Shown one piece after another: positions 11,096 through 23,620 of a DNA stretch of 64,000 nt. Source of the DNA: Hydrurus foetidus (Eukaryota); assembly GCA_900617105.1 (NCBI GenBank), contig UYFQ01000600.1, forward strand, positions 248,001-312,000, given 5' to 3'. The translations under genes were made by a program, and so were the position numbers. Under the pieces are notes generated by a model. It saw only the letters and a program-made list of their open reading frames with translations, was not told the DNA's origin and did not search any database. Within the stretch, counting starts at the first letter, position 1, and the number at the start of each line of letters is the position of its first letter.

Positions 11096-12219
11096 TCGCC
11101 GCCTCCCGCATAGGCTCGGGCCGGGCGGACCATGCAGCCCACCGCGCCCGTCTTTCGTTCCGCGCCAAGACGCGCGGGAAGCCCGTCATAACGCCCGCCG
11201 GCCGCCACGGGCCGCTCGTCGCCGAGGGCGGCGCTGCGCACTTCAAAGAGGTAGCCGTCGTAATAGCCGAACGCCCGGCCGAACGAGGCGGTCAGCACCA
11301 TGCGGTCCTCGGGCACGCCGCGCGCGGCCATGCCGGCCAGCCGCTTGCGCCAGCCGTCCAGGGCCGCGTCCAGCGCCGCGCGCTGCGGGCCGGCCAGGGC
11401 CGAGATGGCGTCCAGCGCCGCGCCCGGACGGTCGCTGACCGCCAGGAAGGCCCGGACCGCATCGGCCTGCTCAGGCGACAGACGCCCAGCCTTGGCGGCC
11501 TCGGCGCGTTCGACCAGGCGGTGGGCGATCTCGGCGGGGCGGCGACCGCCGACCGGCTCGATGCCGGCCAGGGACCATAGCTCCTGCAAGACGGCGGAAG
11601 CCTCGCCCTCGGGCAGGCCGGCCAGCAGCGCCGCGATGCGGCTCTGCTCGGCGCTGGCCTCGACACCACCGTCCAGCTCGATCTTCAGCTGGCGGGGACG
11701 GGTGAAGGCGCGCTTCAGGCGGGCGGCCAGGGGCGCGGCCAGGCCCAGCGTATCGATGAAGGCTCCGAACAGGCCAACATCGCCCAGCACCAGCGACAGG
11801 TCCGAGCGCCCGCCGGCGGCCGACGAGGCCCAGGCCAGGGCGGCGATCTCGGCGTCGGCGGCGACGGGGTCGCCGGCCTCGAAGGCCTCGACACCGATCT
11901 GCAGGAACTCCTCGGCCCGGTCGCTGCCGCGCGGCGCGACGCGGAAGGCCTTGCCGTCATAGAGATAGCGCCCCGAAGCCGCCCCCGCCTCCAGGTGCGC
12001 GCGGGCGATGGCCACGGTGAAGTCGGGGCGCAGGCAGGCCTCCTCCCCCCCGTCGCCGGACACCACGAACAGCCGCGAGCGCATGGCCTCGCCGGCCAGG
12101 TCCAGCAGCAGGCCCAGGGGCTGCAGCACCGGCGCGTCGGTCAGCACGGCGCCGGCCGCCAGCAGCGGGGCGCGGATGGCGCCCAGCGCCTCCGCGGGAA
12201 TGGAACGCTCGAGCCTCAT
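11092..12219 (-). CDS. hisZ: ATP phosphoribosyltransferase regulatory subunit
   Basis: HisRS-like LRPDFTV, EFLQIGVE, YYDG and GGRYDGL motifs; lies between hisS and hisG. Confidence 0.93.
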   Translation of the reverse strand: MRLERSIPAEALGAIRAPLLAAGAVLTDAPVLQPLGLLLDLAGEAMRSRLFVVSGDGGEEACLRPDFTVAIARAHLEAGAASGRYLYDGKAFRVAPRGSDRAEEFLQIGVEAFEAGDPVAADAEIAALAWASSAAGGRSDLSLVLGDVGLFGAFIDTLGLAAPLAARLKRAFTRPRQLKIELDGGVEASAEQSRIAALLAGLPEGEASAVLQELWSLAGIEPVGGRRPAEIAHRLVERAEAAKAGRLSPEQADAVRAFLAVSDRPGAALDAISALAGPQRAALDAALDGWRKRLAGMAARGVPEDRMVLTASFGRAFGYYDGYLFEVRSAALGDERPVAAGGRYDGLPARLGAERKTGAVGCMVRPARAYAGGGE

Positions 12220-12222
12220 GCC

Positions 12223-13694
12223 TCAGCCCTCAATGATCTTGCGGACAGCGGCCACCAGCTCGCCGCGCGGGATCGTCTGCTGGCCGGGACGCTCGGCCTT
12301 CCAGGCGGCGTTGTCGGCCACGCCGGAGGCCAGCTCGCGGCCCAGGTCCAGGTCCTTGATCGTCACCGTGCCGGCCGCGATCTCGTCGCCGCCCAGCATG
12401 ATGGCGGCCGGCGCCATCCGGCGGTCGGCATATTTCATCTGCGGCCGCATGCCCGACGTGCCCAGATAAACCTCGGCCGGGATGCCGGCATTGCGCAGGT
12501 CGGCGGCGACCGAAATACTCGCCCATGTGGGCCTGGTCGAAGTGATGATCACCACCGGACCCGCGCCGCGCCGCCGGGCTCGCGCCCCGCCGCCCGCAGG
12601 GCCGAGGCCAGGCGCGAGACGCCGAACGAGAAGCCGGTGGCCGGCACCGGCTGGCCGGTGAACCGCGCGATCAGGTCGTCATAGCGCCCGCCGCCGCCGA
12701 TCGAACCGAACGAGACCTTGTTCCCCTTCTCGTCGGTCGTGGACAGCAGCAGCTCGGCCTCGAACACCGCGCCAGTGTAATACTCAAGCCCGCGCACGAT
12801 CGATGGCTCGAACATCGCCTGGTCGTCGGCGACACCCAGGCTCTTCAGGGCCGCGTCGATCAGGGCCAGCTCGTTGAGGCCCTCGTCGCCCTCGGCCGAA
12901 CCGCCGATGACATTGGCGATCTTGGCCAGGGTCTCCGACCGGCCGCCGGACCCGGCCTGGACGAAGTCGAGCACCGCATCGATCGCCTTGCCCACCAGGC
13001 CCGCGCCCTTGGTGAAGGCGCCGCTCTCGTCCAGCCGGCCCTCGCCCAGCAGCAGACGCACGCCCTCGACGCCCAGGCGGTCCAGCTTGTCGACGGCGCG
13101 CAGCACGGCCAGCTTCTGGCCGCCGGTCTCGACCCCGGCCGAGGTCAGAAGGCCGTTCAGCAGCTTGCGATTGTTGATCCGCAGCACGGCCGAGCCGCGC
13201 GGCAGGCCGGCGGCTTCCAGACCCGCCACGGCCATGGCGATGATCTCGGCGTCGGCCTCGGGCCGGGCCGAGCCCACCGTGTCGGCGTCGCACTGGATGA
13301 ATTCGCGGAAGCGGCCGGGGCCGGGCTTCTCGTTGCGCCACACCGGGCCATAGGCATAGCGGCGGAACGGCTTGGGCAGGGTCTCCCAGTTCTGGGCCGC
13401 GAACCGGGCCAGGGGCGCGGTCAGGTCGTAGCGCAGCGCCATCCACTGATCGTCGTCGTCCTGCAGGGCGAACACGCCCTCGTTGGGACGGTCGCTGTCG
13501 GGCAGGAACTTGCCCAGCGCGTCGGCATATTCGAAGGCCCCGGTGTCCAGCGCCTCAAAGCCGTGCCGCTCATAGACCTTCGACACCGCCTCCAGGATAG
13601 AGCGCTCGGCCCGCAGATCGCGGGCGCGCTTGTCGGCGAAGCCGCGCGGGGCGCGGGCTTCGGGGCGGAAGGTGTCTGCGGGCTGGTCGGTCAT
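12223..13694 (-). CDS. hisS: Histidyl-tRNA synthetase (frameshift near 12550)
   Basis: LRYDLTAPLAR, WRNEKPGPGRFREFIQCD, RGLEYYTG, GGGRYDDL; anticodon-binding domain in the second frame. Confidence 0.96.
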
Positions 13695-13789
13695 GTCGCG
13701 GCGTCGATCCTAGGAAGTCAGGTCTCGACGGATGGCGCTTTTCAGCAAGCCCCATCCGCCTTGGGCGGGGCTGCGGCTGGGGGCTGGCT

Positions 13790-13870
13790 TTAGAGCGAGC
13801 GGACCCGGCCGATCCCGCGAGGCGAGGTCGGATGGTGGTGGCGGCCGTGATGGTGCGGCGTGCGGGTCAT
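13790..13870 (-). CDS. His-rich leader peptide MTRTPHHHGRHHHPTSPRGIGRVRSL (putative his attenuator)
   Basis: ATG..TAA 26-aa ORF with 6 His codons in two triplets, ending 95 nt before hisS and followed by a GC-rich hairpin. Confidence 0.85.
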   Translation of the reverse strand: MTRTPHHHGRHHHPTSPRGIGRVRSL

Positions 13871-13956
13871 TGCGGGCGGGCTATAGCGGATGGGGCGGGG
13901 CGGGGAAGGGGTGAAGGGAAGGCAAGCTGCCGTCCTATTGTACCGACAAGCTCTCT

Positions 13957-15900
13957 CTAGTAGGGCAACGGCGGCTCCGCCCGTAGCACGGCGATCTGGA
14001 GGGCCATGCCAATCCGCCCAGTCGGATTGTACAAGGCGTTAGCCATGGCGATGAAGCGCTTGGGCTGCCTCTGACGCCGCCACTCGGTCTGGAACTGATA
14101 GATCGCAGACTGCCGGCCGGCAGTGCTGAGCTCGCCCCAGCGCTCATAGGCGAACATCGTCCGTCGGCTAAAGAGGCTGGTCTGCAGAGGCGCCACCGCG
14201 AAGGAGTGCTCAAGGGCCAGGTTGGAGGCCTCCTGGCGCCCCAGGGCGGCGTCCACCGAGGCGCGGCGTAACCAGGCGGCGCCCGAGGCAGGACGCAGGC
14301 CGACCTCGCGCGCGCTGAGACGATCCAGGCGATCCAGTTCGGCCGCGTCAGGCCTGGCCTGAGCGAGCCCTGTCTCTATGCGGCGGGCCAGAGCCTCGGC
14401 CGGAGCGGTGGGCCAGGCGGTGAGATCACCGCCAAATCGCGAAGCCAGCATGGGCGCCGTCACCAGGACCGAGGCCAGCATGACAGCGCCCGCAGCGACG
14501 CCGGCTCCCCATGAAATCCGTGGGTCAGGCGATCGCGCCAGGCCAGGTCCAGCCGCCATCGATCCGACGACGCCGAGGATGAGCACCGCCAGCGCCTGGA
14601 TGGCCGGAACCTGCAGCGCGAAATCGGTCACGCCATGCAGCAGGAAAACTAGGGCCGCACAGGCCGTGGCCCTGGCCCAGGTCGCGGTCGTGCCTTCGCG
14701 CAGGCCGCCGCGCAGGATCGGCCAGATCAGAACGAGGAACAGCAGCGCCATGACAACGGCGCCGACGACCCCGCCTTCCTCGAGCCACTGGAGATAGAGA
14801 TTGTGAACGGCGCGAACGTCGAACAGCACGCGCAGGTTTTCCTGGGTCGCCACCAGCTGGTTGACGGTCGGGAACGAACCCAGACCAAATCCGAACCAGG
14901 GCGAGGACTGGAAGGCCTCCCAGTGCGGCGCGAAGATCGCGGTCCGGACAGAGATGTCCTGTTCGGTATTGTTGAGCCGTTCGGCGACCAGTTCGGTGCT
15001 CCGCAGGCTCAGGGCCCCGATCACCAGGAGCAGGGCCATCGCGCCCAGTCCGGCGACCACGCGGAAGCGCTGACGCTGGGCGATCGCCTCCCCAACCAGC
15101 ATCAGGCCAAGGCCGACCAGGGTCGCGGCCAGACCGGCGCGGGAAGCTGTGAGAAGCAGGGCGGTCAGCAGCACGCCGACAATCGCCATGCAGGCCACAG
15201 CCTCGGGATCGCCGCGCCTGAGCATGGCCAGGCCCCGCTGACGACGAACCCGGTTGGCGGTGGCGGCGACAGCCAGCAGCAAACCACCGCCAAACACTGT
15301 AGCGGCGCTGTTGGGGCTCAGCAGGGTCGCGACCAGACGTGTCGAGCGGCGCAGGCCGACGTGATCCAGGAAGGCCAGGGTGGCATAGACGCCGACCGCC
15401 ATGACCGCGATCCGCAGGAACCAGCGTCCCGGGCTTCGGAACGCCGATGATCCGCCCGCCACGAACAGGCAGGCCAGGCCGAGAGCTGGACCAGGTTGAG
15501 CCAGACGGCGGAGCGATCCACGGTGATGGCGCCGGGCGCTCGGGCACATAGGCCCAACGGGATGGCCGCCTGGCGCCAGGGCTCAGCGCCAAAGGACCGC
15601 GAGCAACAACAGCCCGAAAAGCGGGATCTGGATCTCCATGCCCCGCAGCTGCGCCAGATCGCGCCTGGCCCAGCGGCAGGTGGCCAGGAGCCCAATCAGG
15701 AACGCAGAATAGACGCCGCTGAACAGGCAGGCCGTAGCGATCTCACTGGCGCCGAAGGCGATGACCGCCATGAAGACCAGTCCGAGAAGAACGCCGACGG
15801 CGACCTTCTCGGACGTGGCCAGGCGACGGACAGCGCCGCGGCCTGCACGGGCGGGCGCCGCCGCCGCCGGCCGCGACCGCGACCGCGTCCTAGTCGGCAT
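13957..15900 (-). CDS. O-antigen ligase/Wzy-family polysaccharide polymerase (frameshifted)
   Basis: Many TM segments; LTASRAG, PWFGFGLGSF and HNLYLQWLEEGG Wzy_C motifs; next to wzc. Confidence 0.85.
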
Positions 15901-18110
15901 AGTACTTACGGTAGCTCTTATAATAGTAGTCGGCGCCGCCGTAGCCGTAGCGGGTCTGAGCCTTCAGATCGACCTGGGTCAGGGCAAGACCCGCCAGGAA
16001 GACGCCTCGGCCATGCAGCAGGCCGATGGCCGCCGTGATGGCCTTGACCGGGGTCTTCTTCCAGCGCGCCAGCATGACGACCGCGTCGGTGTGCGGCGCC
16101 AGGATGCGGGTGTCGGCAATGGCCAGCAGGGGCGCGGTGTCGAGCAGCACCACGTCGAAGCGATTGCGCAACTCGCCGAGCAGGCGGAGCATGGCGGGCG
16201 AGCCCAGGACGTCGCGCGGCGTATAGGCCGACTTGGTCAGAGCCAGGACCTTGGCGCCGCTCGGATCGGAGATCAGAGCCTGATCAAGGGTGCAGACACC
16301 GTTCAGCACCTCGAGAAGACCAAGCTTCGGAACTTCCGGCAGGAAGCGATTGATGGCGCTCTGACGCAGATCGCAGTCAACGATGATCACGTTGGCGCCC
16401 GAGGTGGCCAAGGTGCGGGCCAGGGAGAAGGTCGTCGTGGTCTTGCCCTCGCCCGGCAGGGACGAGGTGACCGCGATGACTTTCACGGCCTCGCCGACCT
16501 TCGAATAGAGGATGGCCGCCCGCAGCTTGCGGAAGCTCTCGGCGAAGGTCGAAAGCGGCTTGGCCAGCAGGTAGTCGGGCGGACTCATGTCCCGCGCCAG
16601 CTTGGCGTCATCGATCGCCGAGCTCAGCAGCGGGATCGACCCCAGATACGGCAGGCCGATACGACGCTCGACCTCGTCTTCGGTGAAGATGCCCGCCATC
16701 AGGATCTCGGCCAGCACCACCGACGCAGCGCCGGCGCCCAGGGCCAGAACCAGACCCAGGGCCAGATTCAGCGAAGGCTTGGGATAGCTGGGAGCCGTCG
16801 GGATCTTGGCGCGCGACACCACGCGAGCGTCGGCCTGTTCGATGCCCTGGCTGCTGGAGGTCTGCTTGAAACGGGCCAGCAGGGACTCATAGAGCGTGCG
16901 GACGGACTCGGCCTTGCGCTCCAGTTCGTTCAACCGGATGCTGGCGCGATTATTGCCCGCCAGGGCGCCTCGCGACGCCGAGACGCTGCCGGCCATGGAG
17001 CCCGTGCGCTGACGCGCGACCTGGGCCTGGGCTTCCAGGTTGGAGATGATGCGGCGAATTTCAGCCTGAATCTGACCGTCGATATCTGCCAGCTCGCGCC
17101 TAGCCTTCCAGCAGGTCCGGGTGGCGATCACCATAGCGGCCGCTCATGTCGGCCACCTTGGCGCTCTGCTCGGCGCGCTGCTTGCGCAGTTGCTGAACGA
17201 CAGGCGAATTCAGCGACTCGCCGACGTCTTCGCCGGTGCTGCCGCGGGCCAGCTGGTTGCGGGCGATGTTGAGGCGGGCGTCGGACTCCGCCTGCTGGGC
17301 GCGGGCCGAAGCCAGCTGCTGGTTCAGGCCCGAGATTTCCTGCTCGGTCAGGGTCGCGCCCTCGGCGCTCATCAGATTATTGGCGATCTTGTATTGCTGG
17401 ACGGCGGCCTCGGCCACCTGCAGCTGATCGCGCAGCTCGGCGACGCGAGTGTCGAGCCATTCGTTGGCCTTGGCCGTGGCGTCGAACTTGGCCTCGAGCT
17501 GTTCGGTCAGATAGAGGTCCGCAAAGGCGTTGGCGATCCTGGCCGAGTCTTCGGGATTGGTGTGGGTGTATTCCACCGAGATCAGATAGGTCAGGCCGGA
17601 GCGGCGAACCTTCAGGCCCTCAAGCAGGTTGTCGACGACCTTTTCCTGTTGGCGCTGAGCCTCGACGGAGCCGACGATGGCGGTCGGGGCGACCACCTTC
17701 TTGACCCAGGGCAGCCACGTCGCGACGCCCTTGGCGCCGGGGGCGTTGGGATTGAAGTATGGATCCTGCGTCAGCTTCAGCTGCTTGACCACGCGCGCAG
17801 CCAGGGACCTGGATTTCAGGACCTCCACCTCGGTGTCGACCACCGAGGAATCCGCCGGCAGACCCGACAGAACCGCGCTCATGTCTGCGACCTGCTCCTT
17901 GCGCACGTCCAGCATGACCTGAGCGGTCGCCGTATAGCGCGGCGTTTCCTGCAGGGTGTAGAGCAGCACCGCCACGAACACCGCCAGGGCGACCGCCGCG
18001 AAGAGGCGCAGCCGGCGGCGGAAGGTGGCGATCGCGATGTTCAGATCAAAAGACATCGCTCCGGCGCTAAGCGCCGGAGCGTGTTGAGTCTCGAAGGAAG
18101 AGCCGTCCAT
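15890..18110 (-). CDS. wzc: Wzc/GumC polysaccharide co-polymerase and tyrosine autokinase (frameshift near 17100)
   Basis: TEVEVLKS, YGDRHP, VTSSLPGEGKTT Walker A', DCDLR, DTAP; Tyr-rich tail YGYGGADYYYKSYRKYY. Confidence 0.92.
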
Positions 18111-18172
18111 GGGTACTCTCAATGGGGGCCCTGCTCGGACCTAGAAAGTCCTTCTACAGTGAGAAGGGTAAC

Positions 18173-19463
18173 CTAGAACTGAAGAGCGACAGAAGCAGCG
18201 ATCTTGTTGTCCGAGAACGACGAGGCCTTCGCAGCGCCGGCCGAGTCCTGCTTCAGGTAGCTGTAGGTCAGGAACAGACCGACATTACGGTTCAGCAGGT
18301 GCCCGTCGCGTTGAAGCTCGTGCGCTTGTCGTCCCGATCGATGATCGCATACTTGTCCTTGCCGTAGCTGGCCGAGGCCGAGAGCAGGACATTGCGCATC
18401 AGCTCGTGATCAATGCCCACCGAGGCGCTGTTGGCGATGTAGCCTGGCGAATTCGACGCCACCGAGTCTTCGATGGATCGCGAAGCGGCGACGTTCAGCG
18501 TGGTCAGTTCAGTGGGAACCACTCAACGCGGCCCTTGGCGTTAAAGCCGTCCAGGTCGGCATAGTTGTCGTAGGTCTGTTCCATGTAGCCGGCTTCGACT
18601 TCACCGCGGATGGATTGCGACAGATCGAAGTTGGCGCCGACCGTGGCGACATAACCCTCGGAATCGCGTGCGCGGTTGGCGGCGATAGCGGGAACGCCGG
18701 GCGAAGCCACGCGGCCCAGGGTGTCGACGTCGTATGACTTGGTGTTGCCGACCAGCGAGGCGAAGATCGCCGTATCTGGGCTCAGGGCGTATTCAGCCTT
18801 GCCGCCATAGTAGAACTCGTCGCGATCGCGGGTGTTCTGATTGAACGCGCCGCCCTGGTCGTCATAGTCGAACTTCTTGGCGTCCAGCTTGCCGGTCAGG
18901 CGAAGGCGGTTGAATTCCTTCACGGCGGTCAGGTTTTCAGACCACAGGTAATATTCGACCGGCTTTGCCGTCGCGCCAGCAAGCGTGCCGGCGGTGATCG
19001 CCGAACGGGGCTCGACCAGGTTCTGCCATTGGGCCGACGCGGAGATGTAGGTCCCGCGCTCGACATCGAGGCGACCGTTCACGCCGAGGGTGTATTCCTC
19101 GCTGTTTTCGGTGTCGAAGTCCGAATAGCGGTTCACCGAAGCCGAGGCGAAAGCGCCCAGGGCGTTGCGCGACCAGTTCGAGCGGGCCGCCACTTCCGGC
19201 TTGACCCGCCAGATGACGTCGGACTGTTCGCCCGTCGAAACGGCGTAGATGTTGTCGTCGTTCACGGCCTCAACGGTCACGCGCGGATACAGCGTGAAAC
19301 CGCCCGCCTTAACGCCAACGGCTTCATAGTCCGGACGGGGGCGCTGACGAACACTGGTGTTCTTGTCGCGCTTGAAGTTCGAGCCCAGATCCTGGGCCAC
19401 GGAAACGGCGGGAACCGCCGCCATGAGTGCGGCCGCTACGGCCGCTGTCGTCAGAATTCGCAT
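18173..19463 (-). CDS. EPS/capsule-associated outer-membrane beta-barrel protein (frameshifted)
   Basis: Signal peptide; SVRQRPRPDY..G...GGFTLYP and RSNWSR motifs; C-terminal VALQF; upstream of wzc. Confidence 0.8.
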
Positions 19464-19519
19464 ATCGTATATCCCCACCTCAAGGCGCCTCAAAACGCCC
19501 GTCAGATCCAAACACAAAC

Positions 19520-19552
19520 AAAGAGCAAAGAGGGCGAGCCCGGCTCGCCCTC
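19520..19552 (-). terminator. Intrinsic terminator-like hairpin between secreted-protein gene and beta-barrel gene
   Basis: GAGGGCGAGC-CGG-GCTCGCCCTC followed by T-rich tract on the minus strand. Confidence 0.55.
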
Positions 19553-20133
19553 CTATGACTCAACAATAGTCAGCGACAACGCCTGAGCAAGGATCGAAGA
19601 GCGCACAACGATCGTGGCCGGCGCAGTGCCGCCGGGGTACCGCCGGGGGCTGCCGAGTTCTGCGGGTTCGTCAAAACGCTCACGGATTCGGTGGTGAGAG
19701 CCTGGTCGAAGCCGTCGCCGTGCCCGTCGGGTGATGTTGGCGGCCACTTGCGTGGCGAACGCCGGAGCGACGTCGGCGGCGATCGAAACCGCCAGACCAG
19801 CCGAGATCACACCGATGTTGGCGGCTGCAGTCAAGCGGCGGCCATGGCCGAAGTCGATGCGCCGGTTGCCGATAGAGCCAGCTGGATGGCAGCCTTCAGC
19901 ACTGCGGCCTTCTCGTTTGCACTCAGAGCGGCAAATTTCACCGTCACCGTCTTGCCGTCTGAACCACATTGTGTTCCGTCTTGGCGGCGTCGAGCGCTAC
20001 ATCTTTAATTGTTGCAGCCAAGACGGCCTGAGAGACGGCGGGGCAGGCGGAGTTTGAGCCCAAACCGAACCACCTATCGGGCCGCGGTGATCGCCAGGCC
20101 CAGCACAATGGCGCTCGTGAGACGCGTTGACAT
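19553..20133 (-). CDS. Ala/Thr-rich secreted hypothetical protein (several frameshifts)
   Basis: MSTRLTSAIVLGLAITAA..GGSVWAQ signal peptide at 20133; Ala-rich body pieced across frames. Confidence 0.5.
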
Positions 20134-20765
20134 GGCGACCTTCAAAAACAATTAAGAGTTCAGAAACCTATACTGCAAGAGCGAACAGCGCTCCAGCAAC
20201 TTTTTGCAAGTCTAGGGCGAGACAGCCAAAGATGCGTGCATCTGCAGCCAGCCAGCCATTTTTTTGAGCGAAAATCAGCACTTCCGGTCACATCGTCGGC
20301 GAAGCGCGAAGACTCCGCTGTGCGAAACCGCACAACAAGAAGCTCAACCCGTCCGATTATTCACGCATCAGGCGAGATTCAGGAGCCTTGCGAATATTAT
20401 CGGATGCCCGAGCGGCATAATTGCCACAGATTTAGTGACCTGACAGGGAACTCGACCAGAGTCATGGGCGGCGACGCTTGAGTTGCCGCAGAGCCCGCAG
20501 CAGGGGGCGCTCAATGCTGGGCCAGATCAGAAGGGCTATGAAGCCCAGGATGACAGTTGCGGCCAACAGCACGAGATCAACCCCTTATTGCGGTCCGGTT
20601 AACAGTCTTTCGTGACAATTAACCATGCGCTCAAGCCTGACCACGAAAGAGTCGCGACGTCTCAACGCAACGCACATGCAGCATGCAGTTCAGGGGCCAT
20701 TGCGGCGCGCATTGGGCGTTTGACAACCAAAGCCAGACCCCGCGCGGGCCGACGGGAGGCGAAAA

Positions 20766-20810
20766 TGGTGCCGCTTAGGTGACTCGAACACCTGACCCCA
20801 TCATTACGAA
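20766..20810 (-). repeat. att site: 45-bp duplicate of the tRNA-Thr(CGT) 3' half
   Basis: tggtgccgcttaggtgactcgaacacctgaccccatcattacgaa is identical to 31633-31677. Confidence 0.97.
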
Positions 20811-21007
20811 ATCTAGTCACGGCTGACCGGAAAACCGAATAGCCATAACGCCTTATGCTCTTTTTAGGCACCTACGAGAGATAGCACCCACGGACATCCC
20901 AAACCCGCCTAAGCGGCTGAATCGCCACTTCTAAGTTATGGGCGTTGACGTGGAAACACGAAAAATGCGACCTGCGCCATACCATAGAGAGCAGAGGTGG
21001 AGCGCGA

Positions 21008-21275
21008 TTAAGCTGGTCCGGCTCGTAAGGCAACCTTGTCGATGACCTTGCTCGCTGCGCCCCGTGTCGCATAGACGCCGAGGAGGTCGCCGGCGTCTGT
21101 CGGCTCTTCAACTCGATGCAGCTCCCAGCGCTTCCTTCGTCGGGGACAGTCGGAACGCTCGGCCGTTCTTGCGCATGAAGATCGCCTTCGACCCTTCGAG
21201 CGGCGCGCAATCCACGCCAGCCAGGAAGCGCCGCCAGGGCTGCCGGTCGGCGTCGGCCAGCCGTCGCTGAAGATC
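21008..21275 (-). pseudogene. Probable 3' remnant of a hypothetical gene
   Basis: Coding-like text (..FMRKNGRAFRLSPTK..RWELHRVEEPTDAGDLLGVYATRGAASKVIDKVA) with no clear start, abutting the MCP 3' flank. Confidence 0.35.
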
Positions 21276-21304
21276 ACCGGCCTGACGGTGGGCGGCACGG
21301 CGGT

Positions 21305-23550
21305 TTAAACGCTACGACGTTTGCTGCCCATTGATGCTGGCTCGACCTTTGGTCGTCCCGCCTTGCGTCTGTTTCAGGCCGCCAGCACATTGCCCGGGCG
21401 CGCTGGACGCACCCGAGCGGTCCCCGTCGCCAGCCAGACGGAACACCCCGACCAGTTGCGACATCTCAAAGCGCCTCACGGGTCAAGGAAAGAGCTGCCG
21501 CCGTGGTCTGTTCAACCATCGCCGCATTGTGCTGCGTCATCTGATCGAGATTGGCGATCTCGGAATTAATCTGAGCCAGGGTCTGCGATTGCTCGCGCGC
21601 CGAGGAAGCGATCTCAACGACCTGCTCTGCCAGAACATCAACGCGCCCGACGATCCGGTCAGTGCATCGCCGAGGCCTCAGCCTTCAGCACCCGCTTTTG
21701 ACCTGCGTATTGCTGTCAAGGATCAGTTGGCGGATGTCCTTGGCCGCGTCGGCTGAGCGCTGGGCCAGGGCCCGGACTTCCTGGGCGACCACCGCGAAGC
21801 CGCGACCCGCCTCACCGGCTCGAGCGGCCTCGACGCCGGCGTTCAGGGCCAGAAGGTTGGTCTGGAAAGCGATCTCGTCGATCACCCCGATGATCAGGCG
21901 ATCTGGTTTGCAGACTTTTCGATGGCCAGCACTGCGCCGACGGTGTCGCGAACGACATGACTGGCTTCGGCGGCCACCTTGCGCACATCGCTGAGGGTCG
22001 TCGTTGCCGGGTCGGCCACCGAAGCGGTGTTGGCGACTGATGATGTGGCTTCATGCAAAGCGGCGGGGCTTCTTCCAGAGGCGGCCTGCTGCTCGGTCCT
22101 TCGCGAGAGGTCGTTGGCGGCCGTGCCGATTTCATCGGAGGTCGCGTGCAGGCTGCGCGCTGCGAAACCTGGCCAATAGCGGTCGAGATTTCCCCAAAGC
22201 CGCGTTGGAAATTGGACTTCAGAGCCGCAAACTCTTCAGGCATCCGCTCGTCAATTGTTTGGCTAAGATCACAGTCGGACAGGCGCTTAACGGCCTTGCC
22301 GAAAGATGTGTTTACAGCGGCATTGCTGGCGCTTTGGGTCTCTAACCGCAAAAACTCCGCATGTTCCCGCTCTTTGACGGCCTGTTGTTGCGCCGCCAGG
22401 GCAGACTCGGACTCGCGGCGCGACCGCTCATTGACCTGGAACGGTTGCAGCGCCACGGCCGCGAATTCATCCTGGCGCTTGGTGTCGGTAATCGAGATAT
22501 CGAGTTGGCCGTCAGCCAGAGCTGTCATGGCCGTGGTCTGCCGCGCCAAGGGATCAAGGATGCTGGCAGCCAGACGTTGGCCCAATAGCAGGGTCAAGCC
22601 CGTGCAGCCGACGGTCAGCGCCAGCGACGAGTATGAGTGCGATGGTGGCTGACTGATGGACTTCTGCAGCCAGCTCATGAATTCTGTTAACCAGCTTCTC
22701 GTCGATGGCTTGCATCCCTTCAATCCGTGCCGTGCTGGCGTCGAACCAGTCAGCGGACGGAACCGTCGGGACTTGAGCCGACTGAGCGGCCAGCATCAGC
22801 TGCTCCAGCGCCTTGAAACGCTGCACGATCGGCGAGGTTTTTCGGCTTCGTTCGCCTCGCAAGCCATGGCGTCTTGTCGACAGGCCTCGTTCAGAAAGAC
22901 CGCCTGACTCGACTGCAGGTCCACCAGTTTGACGAGGTCAGCTTGGTAACGAGGCTGCCGCCAACGAGAATGCCCATGCCGGCTCCCCGCTCCAGCGCTG
23001 GGGCCTCCGTGGCGAGGATCAGCCCTGACAGCGCGTCAGCCGCGTAATTCATGTCTGTGGTGGTCGCGCCCTCGACCCTTTGGATCGCCGTAATCAGCGC
23101 CGCGACCATTTCGGTATAGCGTCCGAGCGCATCGGGCCCAGAGATTGTGCGGTTGTCGACCGCCCGGCGCAGATCAGCCAAACCCGCCAATCTCAGATTG
23201 GCCTGATCGATGCTGTCCACCATCCTGGTGCCACGCAACTCGTCAGTCAGGGCGGCGCTCTCTTGCGACAGCGCGACCAGAACCAGATCGGTCTTTGCGC
23301 GTTGGGCGCTGAGGCGTTCGACAAACGGCGCTGGATTTGTCGCACTCAGCAGACCCCGGGTCGCGCCCGCTCCTTCTGCAATTCGGCAATGCCGCTGCCT
23401 AGGGGCCTCTAGCTCCAGGCTATGGAGCGCCTTTGTTGCTGTGTTTCGCTTTGCATAGGCATCGAGAGACGCGACCACGCCGACGCATAACAGTAAAGCA
23501 ATCGGCGCAAGGATGGCGGCGGCCAGACGGTGCTTGATGCTAAACTTCAT
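21305..23550 (-). CDS. NIT-domain methyl-accepting chemotaxis protein, copy A (many frameshifts)
   Basis: [18 protein letters not shown] (NIT signature), [41 protein letters not shown]. Confidence 0.85.
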
Positions 23551-23620
23551 AGTGGTGCCTCGACGAAGCCGCATCGATACGAGATGGCATCGAATTGAAC
23601 CGATTTTGTTGTCGCTATGG

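Noticed and set aside
12223..13694. Split hisS and other split genes as programmed frameshifting or genuine gene fission
   Set aside because: Indels are scattered through many unrelated essential genes without slippery-site patterns; assembly error is the simpler explanation
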